Virus record (IMG/VR): IMGVR_UViG_3300025467_000009
Span: 1-64,000 of that record
DNA length: 64,000 nt
Origin: a virus
Strand: one strand, 5' to 3'
The notes beneath the pieces were generated by a model. The model was not told the origin of the DNA and did no database searches. It saw only the letters and a program-made list of their open reading frames with translations. Every line of letters begins with the position of its first letter. The first letter of the stretch is position 1. Below, piece by piece: positions 37,817 to 48,771 of this stretch. The position numbers were made by a program, and so were the translations under genes.

Positions 37817-37839
37817 AATATACTATAAGACATTCAAGT
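37812..37839 (+). promoter_or_regulatory. Phage promoter motif TGTAAA-N18-AAGT
   Basis: Recurring motif. Confidence 0.6.
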
Positions 37840-37854
37840 AACGACAAATAAATT

Positions 37855-40800
37855 ATGCCAAGATTACCTTACTCACTAAACTCGTACACAGGTGGAGCAA
37901 CACCAGGCTTTATTGCTGGTAGTGGTATTGGTGCCGCTGATACTACAATTACTATAACAGGTACTGGTTCAACATGGACAACTCTTGGTTCTGGTAATGG
38001 ATTTAATCTTTCACTTCAGTATGGTCAAACCACAGAAGAAAAGATTTATGTACCTGTAATTTCTGGAGCATTTGCTGGTACTAATACACCTTATGCAACC
38101 ATTTCTGGTTTTAGTAGTGGTGCTAATGTAATTGCAGATACTTATATTACTCCTAGTGGTGATAAAATTTTCTTGCCACAGCAAATTTCTGGTAATATCG
38201 GAGTGTTCAGTACAGCTACAAATACTCTAACTACAATTTTGAGCGGTAATAATACCAGTCTTCTTGGTCTTCAAGGAGCTGCTTTTTCTACTAATAACCA
38301 AACTTACTTTGGTGGTTATGCTTCTGGTTTTGTATTAGTCTATAACACAACTACCAATGCCTATATTACTACTTTAAGTGGTGCAACTTATGGACTAAAT
38401 GGTAATTCTCAATACATTACTACTACAACAACTAGTAGTGGTAACTTTCTTTATGTTGCAGGGCCTGTTAATAATGCAGTGAGTGTAATTAATACTGCAA
38501 CCAATACTCTTGCAACTGTATGGAGTGGTACTAGTTTCAACTTTAGTAATATTGGAAATATGTCTGCTATTAATGGTAAGATGTATGTTAGTAACCAAGC
38601 TGCAAATAAAATCACTGTTGTTAACCTAAATACAAATACTTATGTTACTACTATTAGTGGTCTAACCACAGGGTTTAATACGCCTCTATCCTCAGTTACT
38701 ACAACTGTTAGTGGAGTTCCTTATGTTTATGTTTGGAACTATAATGGTAATTCAGTTAGTGTAATCAACTCTAATACTGATACGGTAACTGCAATTATTA
38801 GTGGTGGTACTCTTAACACCGGTAATAATGGTACTCAAACCATTATGTCAATGCAGACTACTACAAGTGGTAATTATCTTTTTGTTACTAGTCTTGGTGG
38901 TAACAGTATCAGTGTATTTGATACAGCAACCAATAACCTTATTTATACTATAAGTGGTACCCAATACAATTTAAATGCACCAGGTGGACTAGCAATTACT
39001 CCTAGTGGCAACTTTGCTTATATTGCAAATACCAATACTGCTGGTAACCTTAATGTTGTAAGTCTATATACAATTTCTCCATATCTTACTGGTTCTGGTT
39101 CAATTACAGTTAGTGGAGTAACTCGTGGTATTGATAATACTACAGCTCAAGTCCACCCAAGTGGTTCAAGTGTTACTCCAGTATTAACTGCTGTAGAACT
39201 TCGTGAAGCAAATGCACTAGTCAACCAAGCAATCTTTCCTGCAGCCACCTATAGTGGTCAAGCTTTGGCTAGTACAGGTTCGGGTATTGTTTATACTCCT
39301 CAATTTACCCCAGGTACTAAATTAAATAATGCAATTCTTAAGTCACCACTTGAAACAATAAATATTCTAAATACTGGTATTAATGGTGGTTTAACTATTA
39401 ATACAAGCTCAGGTAATACTTCATTCTACACAGTACCAGCAAGTGGTAACTTTACAGTTAATATTACTACAAACAATACCCTTGCAACTGTAATGAATTC
39501 TGGCCAATCTATAACAACTAACCTACTTGCAACTCAAGGAAGTACAGGTTATGCACTATTACAAAGTGGTAACTATAGTGGTATTAGTGTTGATGGTTAT
39601 ACAATAACTTCTGGTCAAAATTACTATTTTAATACAATTAGTGGTATAGCTCCTATATCAAGTGGTGTTGCTAATAGTATTGATATTTACACATTTACTG
39701 TATTAAGAAATAATTTAAACTTTGATACAGTTCTTTCAGGTTACAATCCAGATGTCTGGTTTAAACTTAATGACCCAAACTCAACTCGTGTAGCCACCGA
39801 TTCTTCTGTTAACGGTTACATTGGTAACTACAGTGGTAATGTTATTCAAGTGCAACAAGGGTTTAACCCTGTAATACCAAGCGATTATTCAGCTTACTTT
39901 AATCCTGCCGGTCAAAATATTGTTAGCACTAATTATACTCCCAACTGGGGAAATAATCAAAGTTTCACTATTAATGCCTGGTTTAATACTACTCAAAGTA
40001 CTCGTGGTGACTTTGTAGTTATTGGTAGTAATGCCTCTGCTATTAATAATGGTATTTTTATGTTTACCAATGCAACTGGTAACCTTGAAGTTGATAATGC
40101 ATTTGTGGGTGGCCCAGTTAGTTCTACAAAAGTAAATGATGGAACTTGGCACATGGCCACACTTCAGGCCACTGCTGTTAGTGCAGGAAACACAACTTAC
40201 CAACTTTATGTAGACGGTGTAGCAAATGGAACATCTACTAGTATGGCACCTAACATGGTTGCTAGTGGTAGTCTAGTAATTGGTGCTAGTACCAATGGTG
40301 GTTTTCAATATACTGGCTATGTAAATCAAGTTGCAATATTTAGAAGTGCCCTTTCCGCAGCTCAAATTCAAAACCTTTATCAAGCTGGAAGGCCTTATAC
40401 TGTATTAAGTAGTAAAGTTGCAGCAAGTGGTGTTTTATATTCAACAGGTCTTTACAACTTCCCAGTTGGTACAAGTCTTTCCTTTACAAGTGCAGGTGTA
40501 TCTGGGCAAAATGGTCCATCCCTTGCACAAGCCATTACAGGACTTTCATCTAATCAATCAACTAGTTGGTCAAGTAATACACAATTCTTCAATCAAGGCA
40601 GTTACAATGGTTATCAACTTTGGACAGTACCAGCAACTGGAACTTATCGAATAACTGCAAGTGGTGCTGCCGGTGGTAACTGCACTAGTTATGGTTATTA
40701 TGGTGGTAGTGGTGCAGTAATGCAGGGTGACTTCTCCCTCACCCAGGGTCAGCAACTCACTATACTGGTGGGTCAAACAGCACCTAGTAATATTGGCTTT

Positions 40801-41382
40801 TCACAAGGTGGTCAGCAAGCTGGTTCAGGTGGAGGAACTTTTGTTGCATTAGGTGCAACTGCCAGTACTGCAACTGCTTTAATTGTAGCAGGTGGAGGTG
40901 GAGGTGCTTGGATTTTTACTGGTAACCCTTCCTATAACTATGGTCGTGGAGGGACAACTTACACATTTGGTAGTAATGGTGGGCAAGGTAACGGTGGGGT
41001 TGGAGCTACTGGACCAAACGGTGTAGGTGGTAATGGTCAACAAGGAAATGCTGCAGGATATACTGGTAATGGTACCAATAGTAGTGGTGCTGCAGCAACA
41101 TCATTTACTAACGGTGGAATAGGTTCTCAAGAAAACCTAAGCTGGGGTACATATAATTGTTACGGTGGTTTTGGTGGTGGTGGTGGTGGTGGACTTGCTG
41201 TAGGTGGTGGCGGTGGCTATGGTGGTGGTGGTTATGGTACTTGGGCTTCATGGGGTGGTGGCGGTGGTGGTGGTTCATATAACTCTGGAGCTAACCAAGT
41301 AAACACTAATGGTACTGATAACAATTCTGCACTAACCGGTAATGCACGTAATGGTTCAGTAACAATTGTTAGACTTTCATAA
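37855..41382 (+). CDS. Multidomain fibre: family A with YVTN/YncE beta-propeller and LamG, fused to a Gly-rich family B domain
   Basis: YV.N...N.VSVI.T.TNT repeats; DGTWHMAT LamG motif; polyglycine C-terminus. Confidence 0.8.
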   Translation: MPRLPYSLNSYTGGATPGFIAGSGIGAADTTITITGTGSTWTTLGSGNGFNLSLQYGQTTEEKIYVPVISGAFAGTNTPYATISGFSSGANVIADTYITPSGDKIFLPQQISGNIGVFSTATNTLTTILSGNNTSLLGLQGAAFSTNNQTYFGGYASGFVLVYNTTTNAYITTLSGATYGLNGNSQYITTTTTSSGNFLYVAGPVNNAVSVINTATNTLATVWSGTSFNFSNIGNMSAINGKMYVSNQAANKITVVNLNTNTYVTTISGLTTGFNTPLSSVTTTVSGVPYVYVWNYNGNSVSVINSNTDTVTAIISGGTLNTGNNGTQTIMSMQTTTSGNYLFVTSLGGNSISVFDTATNNLIYTISGTQYNLNAPGGLAITPSGNFAYIANTNTAGNLNVVSLYTISPYLTGSGSITVSGVTRGIDNTTAQVHPSGSSVTPVLTAVELREANALVNQAIFPAATYSGQALASTGSGIVYTPQFTPGTKLNNAILKSPLETINILNTGINGGLTINTSSGNTSFYTVPASGNFTVNITTNNTLATVMNSGQSITTNLLATQGSTGYALLQSGNYSGISVDGYTITSGQNYYFNTISGIAPISSGVANSIDIYTFTVLRNNLNFDTVLSGYNPDVWFKLNDPNSTRVATDSSVNGYIGNYSGNVIQVQQGFNPVIPSDYSAYFNPAGQNIVSTNYTPNWGNNQSFTINAWFNTTQSTRGDFVVIGSNASAINNGIFMFTNATGNLEVDNAFVGGPVSSTKVNDGTWHMATLQATAVSAGNTTYQLYVDGVANGTSTSMAPNMVASGSLVIGASTNGGFQYTGYVNQVAIFRSALSAAQIQNLYQAGRPYTVLSSKVAASGVLYSTGLYNFPVGTSLSFTSAGVSGQNGPSLAQAITGLSSNQSTSWSSNTQFFNQGSYNGYQLWTVPATGTYRITASGAAGGNCTSYGYYGGSGAVMQGDFSLTQGQQLTILVGQTAPSNIGFSQGGQQAGSGGGTFVALGATASTATALIVAGGGGGAWIFTGNPSYNYGRGGTTYTFGSNGGQGNGGVGATGPNGVGGNGQQGNAAGYTGNGTNSSGAAATSFTNGGIGSQENLSWGTYNCYGGFGGGGGGGLAVGGGGGYGGGGYGTWASWGGGGGGGSYNSGANQVNTNGTDNNSALTGNARNGSVTIVRLS

Positions 41383-41384
41383 CT

Positions 41385-41413
41385 TGTAAAAAACACTCTA
41401 GAACATATTAAGA
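41385..41413 (+). promoter_or_regulatory. Phage promoter motif TGTAAA-N19-AAGA
   Basis: Variant with 19-nt spacer. Confidence 0.45.
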
Positions 41414-41429
41414 TATGTAAGGACATAAA

Positions 41430-42311
41430 ATGCCAAGAATACCCTATAGCGTAAACTCATATACAGGAGGAGCCATACCGGCTACCCTCTTTTATAGTGT
41501 TACAGCAACTGGTACAGTAATTACTATAACAGGAACAAATACCACCTGGAGTGGCTTGGGTGGTGCCGGTGGATTTAACCTTGCTATTAACTATGGTGGA
41601 GTAAATGAAGAAAAGATCTTTGTTCCTAGTGGTAACTACCCTTGGACAAGTGGTGGGGTAACCCTTAGTGGAATTACTCGTGGTTATGACAACACTACAT
41701 CTTACCTTCAAGTTGCAGGACTTAGTGTTGTACCAGTCCTTACTGCAATTGAAACTTCAGAAGCCAACCAGTTGGTAAATAGTGTACTTGGTAACTTAAC
41801 AACTGCAACTAGTGGTCAAATCTTGACTTCAACTGGTTCTGGTGTTTCCTTTACTCCTAACCTTCTTTCTACTCCAAAATCTCTCCTTACTAATCCTGTC
41901 CTTAACGGAACAATGGAAACAACATATGTAAGTAGTAACGCTGTTGGTGGATTGATGACTTTAAACGTTAGTTCAGGAAGTACATATCTATATAATGGAG
42001 CTACAACTTCTCAATTCTCTATAAATTTAACTGCTAGTGGTACACTTAATAGTCTTTTGGCAGTTGGGCAGAGTATTACAGCAAGTCTTTTAGTAACAAA
42101 CGGTGCTACGGGTTATTACTTGGTTTCTTCAGGTTTTCAAATCGATGGTGTAGTACAGGTATATAGTGGTGGACCAATTAATATGTACTGGTATGGTGGT
42201 ACAGCTCCAGTTTCTGGATTTGGTAATGGTATTGACGCTTATACTTTTAATATTATTAAAACTTCTGCAACTCCAACCTATATAACACTAGCAAGCCAGA
42301 CTAGATACTAA
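41430..42311 (+). CDS. Fibre/adaptor protein, family A (minimal form)
   Basis: MPRIPYSVNSYTGG...IDAYTFNIIKT...LASQTRY. Confidence 0.75.
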   Translation: MPRIPYSVNSYTGGAIPATLFYSVTATGTVITITGTNTTWSGLGGAGGFNLAINYGGVNEEKIFVPSGNYPWTSGGVTLSGITRGYDNTTSYLQVAGLSVVPVLTAIETSEANQLVNSVLGNLTTATSGQILTSTGSGVSFTPNLLSTPKSLLTNPVLNGTMETTYVSSNAVGGLMTLNVSSGSTYLYNGATTSQFSINLTASGTLNSLLAVGQSITASLLVTNGATGYYLVSSGFQIDGVVQVYSGGPINMYWYGGTAPVSGFGNGIDAYTFNIIKTSATPTYITLASQTRY

Positions 42312-42312
42312 A

Positions 42313-43251
42313 ATGCCATTATTTGATAGTTTTTCAAATGCAGCCAGTCGTGGAGATGGTGCAGGTACATTTGGTACTCCACCAACTATACCACCTTTAT
42401 ATACTTTTAATGTTGGTACTTATGTAACATTTAATACAGGCGGTCAGACAGGCCCTACCGGACCTTCATTATCACAAATGATAGCTGGAATGACCTCTAA
42501 TGCCTCCCTTTCTTGGAATATCAATACATCATTTTTTAATACTGGTACTTACACTGGTTATCAAGTTTGGTCTGTGCCTATAACTGGTACTTACCAGATA
42601 CAGTGTTATGGAGCTACTGGTGGTTCTTCTATTTATTATGGTCCTGCTGGTGGTCAACCTGCCAATATAACAGGAACTTTTGCACTTACCCAAGGTTCCA
42701 AGTTAACAATAACAATAGGTCAAAGTGGTGCAAATAACGGTTATGATGCTGGTGGAGGTGGAGGAACTTTTGTTGCTTCAGGTTCTGTTGCTACTACTGC
42801 TATCCCTTTAATTATTGCTGGTGGTGCAGGAGGTAACTCAGCTAGTGGTGGAAGCATTAATGCTTCTTCTTCTCAAACTACTTTAACAAATGCTAATGGT
42901 TATGGTGGCTACTCAGATGGTTATGGTGGACGTAATACTGGTACCAATGGTAATCCAGGTGGTGGAGGTGGGTTTTATGGTAATGGTCAAGGAAACTGGT
43001 ATGGTCAAGGATTTCAACAAGGATTAACTGACCCAAGTTACTCAGCATATGGTGGCTTTGGTGGTGGAGGTGGTGGTGGTCAAACCAACGGTGCTGGTGG
43101 TGGAGGCGGATGGACAGGTGGAAACTCAACCCAGTGGTCTTGGAATGGTGTTGGTGGTAGTTCTTATAATACTGGAACTAATCAAACAAATACACTTGGA
43201 TCAAATGGCGCTGGCCAAAATGGTTACTGTACTATAACTAGACTTTCTTAA
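42313..43251 (+). CDS. Glycine-rich fibre tip protein, family B
   Basis: YQVWSVPITGTY, GGGGGTFV, PLIIAGG motifs. Confidence 0.75.
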   Translation: MPLFDSFSNAASRGDGAGTFGTPPTIPPLYTFNVGTYVTFNTGGQTGPTGPSLSQMIAGMTSNASLSWNINTSFFNTGTYTGYQVWSVPITGTYQIQCYGATGGSSIYYGPAGGQPANITGTFALTQGSKLTITIGQSGANNGYDAGGGGGTFVASGSVATTAIPLIIAGGAGGNSASGGSINASSSQTTLTNANGYGGYSDGYGGRNTGTNGNPGGGGGFYGNGQGNWYGQGFQQGLTDPSYSAYGGFGGGGGGGQTNGAGGGGGWTGGNSTQWSWNGVGGSSYNTGTNQTNTLGSNGAGQNGYCTITRLS

Positions 43252-43260
43252 TATGCACCT

Positions 43261-43288
43261 TGTAAAACTCCTTTTAAAAAACCTTAGT
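43261..43288 (+). promoter_or_regulatory. Phage promoter motif TGTAAA-N18-TAGT
   Basis: Exact consensus. Confidence 0.65.
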
Positions 43289-43302
43289 AATTAAGATATC
43301 TT

Positions 43303-44100
43303 ATGCCACGTACTGCCTATTCACAAAATACTTATGTTGGTGGAGCAACGCTTGCCACACTTGGCAATAACATACTTAATAGTGATACAACTTTTACACT
43401 AAATAATGTTGGAATTTCTTGGGCAACTCTAGGTTCAGGTGGTGGTTATTACCTAGTTCTTGACTTTGGAAATATATACGAAGAAAAAGTATATGTTCCA
43501 GCCGGTAACTATAATTATTCTAGTGGTACTGTTACTGTAAGTGGTGTAAGCCGTGGAGTTGATGGTACCACAGCTCAGCAACACATTTTGGGTGCAACAG
43601 TTGCCCCAACATTAACTGCTGTAGATTTACAAGAAGCAAATAACTTAGTAGCACAAACACTTGGTCAAGTAACTACCGCAACTAGTGGTCAAGCACTTGC
43701 ACTAAATGGTACAGGCATTGGTTTTGCTAACTTTGTATTTCAAGATATAGTTCCCCTAGATGATATATCAGTTCTTTTTGATGGTGCAAATACAAACTTT
43801 AAAGCTACTTATCAAGGTGTTCCAATAAGTTTCACAAATCCGCTTTCACTTGAACTATACTTAAGCGGTGTCCCACAAAAATGGAATCAACCAGAATGGG
43901 TATGGTTATCGTATGTACCACAGGCTGGATTCCAGGTAGATTATAACGGAAACATATTTTTTCAAGAAGTACCTACAACAACGACCGCACAAACACCAGT
44001 TAACCAATCTTTTCAAGGCAATTATATGCCTGCACCACCACTTAACAACAGTCAAACAATTTATCCGTTTCAACCAACGGATGTAATGTTAGGATATTAG
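43303..44100 (+). CDS. Family A N-terminal domain with an alternative C-terminal domain
   Basis: MPRTAYSQNTYVGG...; LDDISVLFDG C-terminal domain. Confidence 0.7.
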   Translation: MPRTAYSQNTYVGGATLATLGNNILNSDTTFTLNNVGISWATLGSGGGYYLVLDFGNIYEEKVYVPAGNYNYSSGTVTVSGVSRGVDGTTAQQHILGATVAPTLTAVDLQEANNLVAQTLGQVTTATSGQALALNGTGIGFANFVFQDIVPLDDISVLFDGANTNFKATYQGVPISFTNPLSLELYLSGVPQKWNQPEWVWLSYVPQAGFQVDYNGNIFFQEVPTTTTAQTPVNQSFQGNYMPAPPLNNSQTIYPFQPTDVMLGY

Positions 44101-44111
44101 GAGTATAAACA

Positions 44112-47100
44112 ATGGCACGTAAGGTTATAGACAATCCATATTACGTATTTAACCCAGCAACAAGAACAATCACCATCCCTCAGTATCTTCCTCAGGAAAA
44201 ACTTGTTCTTATTACCAATGTCACCCGTGACCAGGTAATTTTTAACTTCTCGGACCCAAGTCGTAACATTACAAGTTATACTTCAAGTGTGGCTGGTGCA
44301 ACAGGTAGCACAACTATTGTACTTAACTACAATACTACTACAATGCTTGCAACTGACAAGCTTTCTATTGTTATTGATGAATACAATGAAAAGTTTTACC
44401 CAGAAGAATCAATGCTTGACGGTGTTCAAAAACTTCGTGTAAGTACACCACAGTCAATGATTGACACCGACTTTGAGTATGGTAACCAGGTTTCAAAGTG
44501 GGAACAGATTGGTCTTACTAACTGGCACCCAGCAAGTTACAACAACTATCCACCTGCTACTTATACTACTGTTTCAAGTATTACTATGCCTCAGGGTTCT
44601 AACCAGGTTACAGTTTCTTTCTCTGGTGCTCACGGACTTTCAGTTGGTAACCCAATCCAAGTTCAAGATGCACTCCTTCAGTATGCAAATGGTAACTATG
44701 TAATTGAAAGTATTCCAACAGCATCTAGTTACACTTACTCTGCAAAGAGTATTAATACCGGTGGATCAAGTATTACCAATATTTTTGACCCTAACAAAAC
44801 AGATATTTGGAACCAAAGTTATTACACTGGTGCCCAGTTGAGTAACTCATTTACTATAAGTCCTAATAATTATATTATGACAGTTACTACCTCAACACCT
44901 CACGGTTTGAGTCTTGGTAATGAGATTGCAGTTTCTGGTATTACCGGTGTTAACCCACCAAATGGTAATTTCTATGTAACTGGTATTTACTCACCTACAG
45001 TATTTACTTACGCTGCAAAGGCAGGTATACCAAGTTCTCTTAACTCTTCAACAGCAGTAATCTTCCCTCGTAACCAGTCTTTGTTTGAACAAAGACCTTT
45101 TGATGGTGGAGTTCTTTTTGGAAACAATTCATTAAGTAATCAACAGTCTGCAACTAGACAAACTAGAAGAAACTTTCACTACCAGTCAGGTAAAGCCCTT
45201 TCAATGGCAACCGGTACTATTATGAAGACTGCTTACACAGTTGACTACCTTTCAGTTTCTGGTGGTGTTGCAAATAACAGAACAGTAGTTGTACAAACTC
45301 GTGAACCACACAACCTTACTCCAGGTGTAACAGTTCTTATTACCGGTGTAGTTACTTCTGGTTACAATGGTACTTATAGCGTAAACAATGTACTTAACCC
45401 AACACAGTTTACTTACATTGCTAGTGGTATTCCATTCAGCACACCTGCTGTTGACTCAATTGGGCCTTACTCAGTACAGGTTAACAGTTGGTACGGTGCA
45501 TCAACTAGAATTGGTTTGTTTAATCAACAAGACGGTCCATTCTGGGAATTTGATGGACAATCACTATACGCTGTTCTAAGAAGTTCAATCAAGCAAGTCG
45601 GTGGACGTGTAAGTGCCACTAACGGTAGTTCAACTGTAACTCAAACAGACTCTAACTGGCCAACCACATTTTCAGAACAATTAATTGTTGGTCAGTATGT
45701 AGTTATTCGTGGTATTAGTTATCGTGTAACTGATATTAACAGTGATACAAGTATTAACATTTCACCTCCTTACCGTGGTGTAACAAATACCTACATGACA
45801 ATGACTTCAACTGTTGAAACTAGAATTCCTCAAGGTGCATTTAATGTTGACCGCCTTGATGGTACAGGTCCTAGTGGTTATAACATTGATGCTGGTAAAA
45901 TGCAAATGTGGTTTATTGACTATGCATGGTATGGTGCTGGTACTGTTCGTTGGGGTGTAAGAACCACCGATGGTCGTATTGTCTATGCCCACAAATTAGC
46001 TAACAACAACATTAACACTACAGCATATATGCGTTCCGGTAACTTACCTGGCCGTTATGAAAATGTTAGTGTTGTTCCTACAGTTTATCTTGCTTCTGGT
46101 TCAGGTATTCAGGCTACAGATACACAAATTATTACTACAAGTACCCTTAATACTGTTGGTAGTGGTTTGTTCCCACCACAGGGTACACTTTGTATTCGTA
46201 ATAACACTACTTATGAGTATGTTAACTATACTTCAGTTACAAGTGGTGGTTTCCAAGGCCTAACCCGTGGACAGGCAGGTAACACAAGTATTGCAACTAC
46301 AATGAGTTCTGGTTCAACCACAGCTCAGGTTGCAAGTACAGCTGGTGTTCAAATTGGTCAAAGAGTTGCTGTAAGTAGTGGTTTCCCAGACAATACATTT
46401 GTAACTGGGTTTAACTATAACTCAAGTATTTCATTTAGTAATGCTGCCTATATTAATAACCCAACTCTTGTATTGCCTCCAATGGGTAATACAGCACAAA
46501 ACTTTGCATGGAGTGCAGTTAACCCAACTATTGTAGAACTTGCTTATCCATCACACTCACCTTATGTTTCTCACTGGGGTACTGCTGTTATTATGGATGG
46601 TGGATTTACAATTGACCCTTCACTCTTGTTTACCTATGGACAGTTAAACCCAACAACACTATTAAGTGGTCAAACAAAAGCACTATTAGCAATTAGAATT
46701 GCACCAAGTGTTGACCAAGGTTTGATTAACTCACAAATTGGTGCTCGTGAACTTGTAAACCGTGTTCAGTTGCAACTTCAAACACTAGACGTAGCTGTAA
46801 CAGCATCTGGTAACCCTCAAAACGTAGGTGCCGGTAACGTACTAATTCGTGCTTACCTTAATTCAACTCCATACCTACTTAATGGTGGTTCTATCCCAAT
46901 CTGGACCAATGCTGTTGGTGGGCAAGCAGTACCTAACTCATCATTGAGTCAAATTGCTGACTATTCAACAGTAGTTTCTGGAGTTGGTATTTTTGGTGGT
47001 GAAGTTACTGGTGGATTCTTCGTAGACACTACACAAGAAGTTGATGTTTCTAAGGTTCGAGATCTAGGTAATTCAATCCTTGGTGGAGGTAGTTTAACTC

Positions 47101-47216
47101 CAGCAACTGGTATTTACCCAGACGGTCCTGACACACTAACACTAATTGCTACAAATGCAAATGGTTTCCCAGTTTCACTACTTGGACGTATTTCTTGGAA
47201 TGAAGCACAGGCCTAA
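44112..47216 (+). CDS. Large virion structural protein with repeated beta-barrel modules
   Basis: KLRVSTPQSMIDTDFEYG; three T..PH(G/N)L..G..I.(V/I).G repeats. Confidence 0.7.
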   Translation: MARKVIDNPYYVFNPATRTITIPQYLPQEKLVLITNVTRDQVIFNFSDPSRNITSYTSSVAGATGSTTIVLNYNTTTMLATDKLSIVIDEYNEKFYPEESMLDGVQKLRVSTPQSMIDTDFEYGNQVSKWEQIGLTNWHPASYNNYPPATYTTVSSITMPQGSNQVTVSFSGAHGLSVGNPIQVQDALLQYANGNYVIESIPTASSYTYSAKSINTGGSSITNIFDPNKTDIWNQSYYTGAQLSNSFTISPNNYIMTVTTSTPHGLSLGNEIAVSGITGVNPPNGNFYVTGIYSPTVFTYAAKAGIPSSLNSSTAVIFPRNQSLFEQRPFDGGVLFGNNSLSNQQSATRQTRRNFHYQSGKALSMATGTIMKTAYTVDYLSVSGGVANNRTVVVQTREPHNLTPGVTVLITGVVTSGYNGTYSVNNVLNPTQFTYIASGIPFSTPAVDSIGPYSVQVNSWYGASTRIGLFNQQDGPFWEFDGQSLYAVLRSSIKQVGGRVSATNGSSTVTQTDSNWPTTFSEQLIVGQYVVIRGISYRVTDINSDTSINISPPYRGVTNTYMTMTSTVETRIPQGAFNVDRLDGTGPSGYNIDAGKMQMWFIDYAWYGAGTVRWGVRTTDGRIVYAHKLANNNINTTAYMRSGNLPGRYENVSVVPTVYLASGSGIQATDTQIITTSTLNTVGSGLFPPQGTLCIRNNTTYEYVNYTSVTSGGFQGLTRGQAGNTSIATTMSSGSTTAQVASTAGVQIGQRVAVSSGFPDNTFVTGFNYNSSISFSNAAYINNPTLVLPPMGNTAQNFAWSAVNPTIVELAYPSHSPYVSHWGTAVIMDGGFTIDPSLLFTYGQLNPTTLLSGQTKALLAIRIAPSVDQGLINSQIGARELVNRVQLQLQTLDVAVTASGNPQNVGAGNVLIRAYLNSTPYLLNGGSIPIWTNAVGGQAVPNSSLSQIADYSTVVSGVGIFGGEVTGGFFVDTTQEVDVSKVRDLGNSILGGGSLTPATGIYPDGPDTLTLIATNANGFPVSLLGRISWNEAQA

Positions 47217-47227
47217 GGAAAACATAA

Positions 47228-48769
47228 ATGGCAAGAGCGCCCTACTCTCTCAACAGTTATACTGGTGGTGCCCCAACTGCTGCATTAGCAGCGGCTGTTA
47301 GTATTACCGGTACTCAAATAGCAATTGTAAATACTTCTAGTGGTTGGTATCCACTTGGTGTTAATGGTGGGTTCTTTTTAGCACTTGATTACGGTACAGC
47401 ACTTGAAGAAAAAATATTTGTTCCTAGTGGAGCTTATAACTGGAGTTTAGGAATTGCTAGCCCAGTTGTAATTAGTGGTATTACTAGAGCTCAAGATAAC
47501 ACAAGTGCTGTAGCACACGTTAGTGGTTCAATTACTGCTTTTGTAATGACAGGTGTTGACCTTTTCGAAGCAAATAATGTTGTTAGTCAAACACTAGGCC
47601 AAGTTGCAACTTCAAGTGGCCAGGCATTCTTTTCAACTGGTAGTGGTATTAAACCACAAGCAGTTCAACCAGGACTTATTAGTGGTTTGACTCCAGGAGC
47701 AGTTCCTTTTGGAAGTGCAACTGGTGCATGGTCAGATACATCAAACAATGGTGGTGGTGCAACCGGTGCTGCTGGTGCACTACTTATGAGTTATGGTAAT
47801 ATTGCTAATGGTGGCCCAGAATGGGTCAATTATAATATTCACCAAACAGTACAAGCAGTAGCAGTTACTAATATTTCAGGTCTCTATACACCTAATGGTA
47901 ATACCACAAATGACTACCCACTAAGTGTTGATACTTTTACAGTTTCATCTGGTTATGGTTCTACTTTCTCAGTTGATGGTTATGTCATTCAACCAGGAGA
48001 TAGAATACTACTTACAGGACAAACTAATTCTGCATACAATGGTGTATATGTAAATACAAGTAGTGCCGGTGCTGTTTCACCTGTACTTGTTAGAGACAAT
48101 GATGTTGACACAACTTCAAAACTAGTAGCTAGTCTTATTCAAGTGGGTCAAGGAAATATCTATTATGGTACAACCTGGCAATGTCAAATGAACCCAAGTG
48201 CAACTATTGGTGTAAGTCCTTGTCCATGGGTACAATTCTTAACTCCTACAGCACTTGCTAGTGGTCAAACTTTTGGTTATGCAACCCTAAATAATGTTGT
48301 ACTTAACAGTGGTACTGCAAATGGTGTAACAAGTAATAATACCACTTTTATTAACCCAACTTTTACTAGTGCTAAAGAAACTGTAAACATTGTTTCTTCA
48401 CCCGCATTGAATGGAACAGTTACTTTCTCTGGTACTACTGGTACCATTAACTATTACACTGTTAATGCAACAAATAATTTTACTTTTAACCTAACAACCT
48501 CTGGTACAATTAGTAGTACATTGGGTGTTGGTCAAAGTATCACTTTTACTGCTTTAACAACTCAAGGTAGTCCGGCTTACATGACAGTTAGTGGTGCTAA
48601 TACTGCAATTCAAATTGATGGTAATTCATCTAATTTTGCTACATATTGGCAAGGTGGCACTTGCCCAGCTTCAGGTAATGTTAATGGTATTGATGCCTAT
48701 ACATTTACTGTTATTAAAACAGCAGCCACTCCAACCTATACGGTACTCGCAAGTCAAACAAAGTTCTAA
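47228..48769 (+). CDS. Fibre/adaptor protein, family A, with GDRILL..Q...NGVY domain
   Basis: Shared N- and C-termini (LASQTKF); central fibre-type domain. Confidence 0.75.
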   Translation: MARAPYSLNSYTGGAPTAALAAAVSITGTQIAIVNTSSGWYPLGVNGGFFLALDYGTALEEKIFVPSGAYNWSLGIASPVVISGITRAQDNTSAVAHVSGSITAFVMTGVDLFEANNVVSQTLGQVATSSGQAFFSTGSGIKPQAVQPGLISGLTPGAVPFGSATGAWSDTSNNGGGATGAAGALLMSYGNIANGGPEWVNYNIHQTVQAVAVTNISGLYTPNGNTTNDYPLSVDTFTVSSGYGSTFSVDGYVIQPGDRILLTGQTNSAYNGVYVNTSSAGAVSPVLVRDNDVDTTSKLVASLIQVGQGNIYYGTTWQCQMNPSATIGVSPCPWVQFLTPTALASGQTFGYATLNNVVLNSGTANGVTSNNTTFINPTFTSAKETVNIVSSPALNGTVTFSGTTGTINYYTVNATNNFTFNLTTSGTISSTLGVGQSITFTALTTQGSPAYMTVSGANTAIQIDGNSSNFATYWQGGTCPASGNVNGIDAYTFTVIKTAATPTYTVLASQTKF

Positions 48770-48771
48770 CC

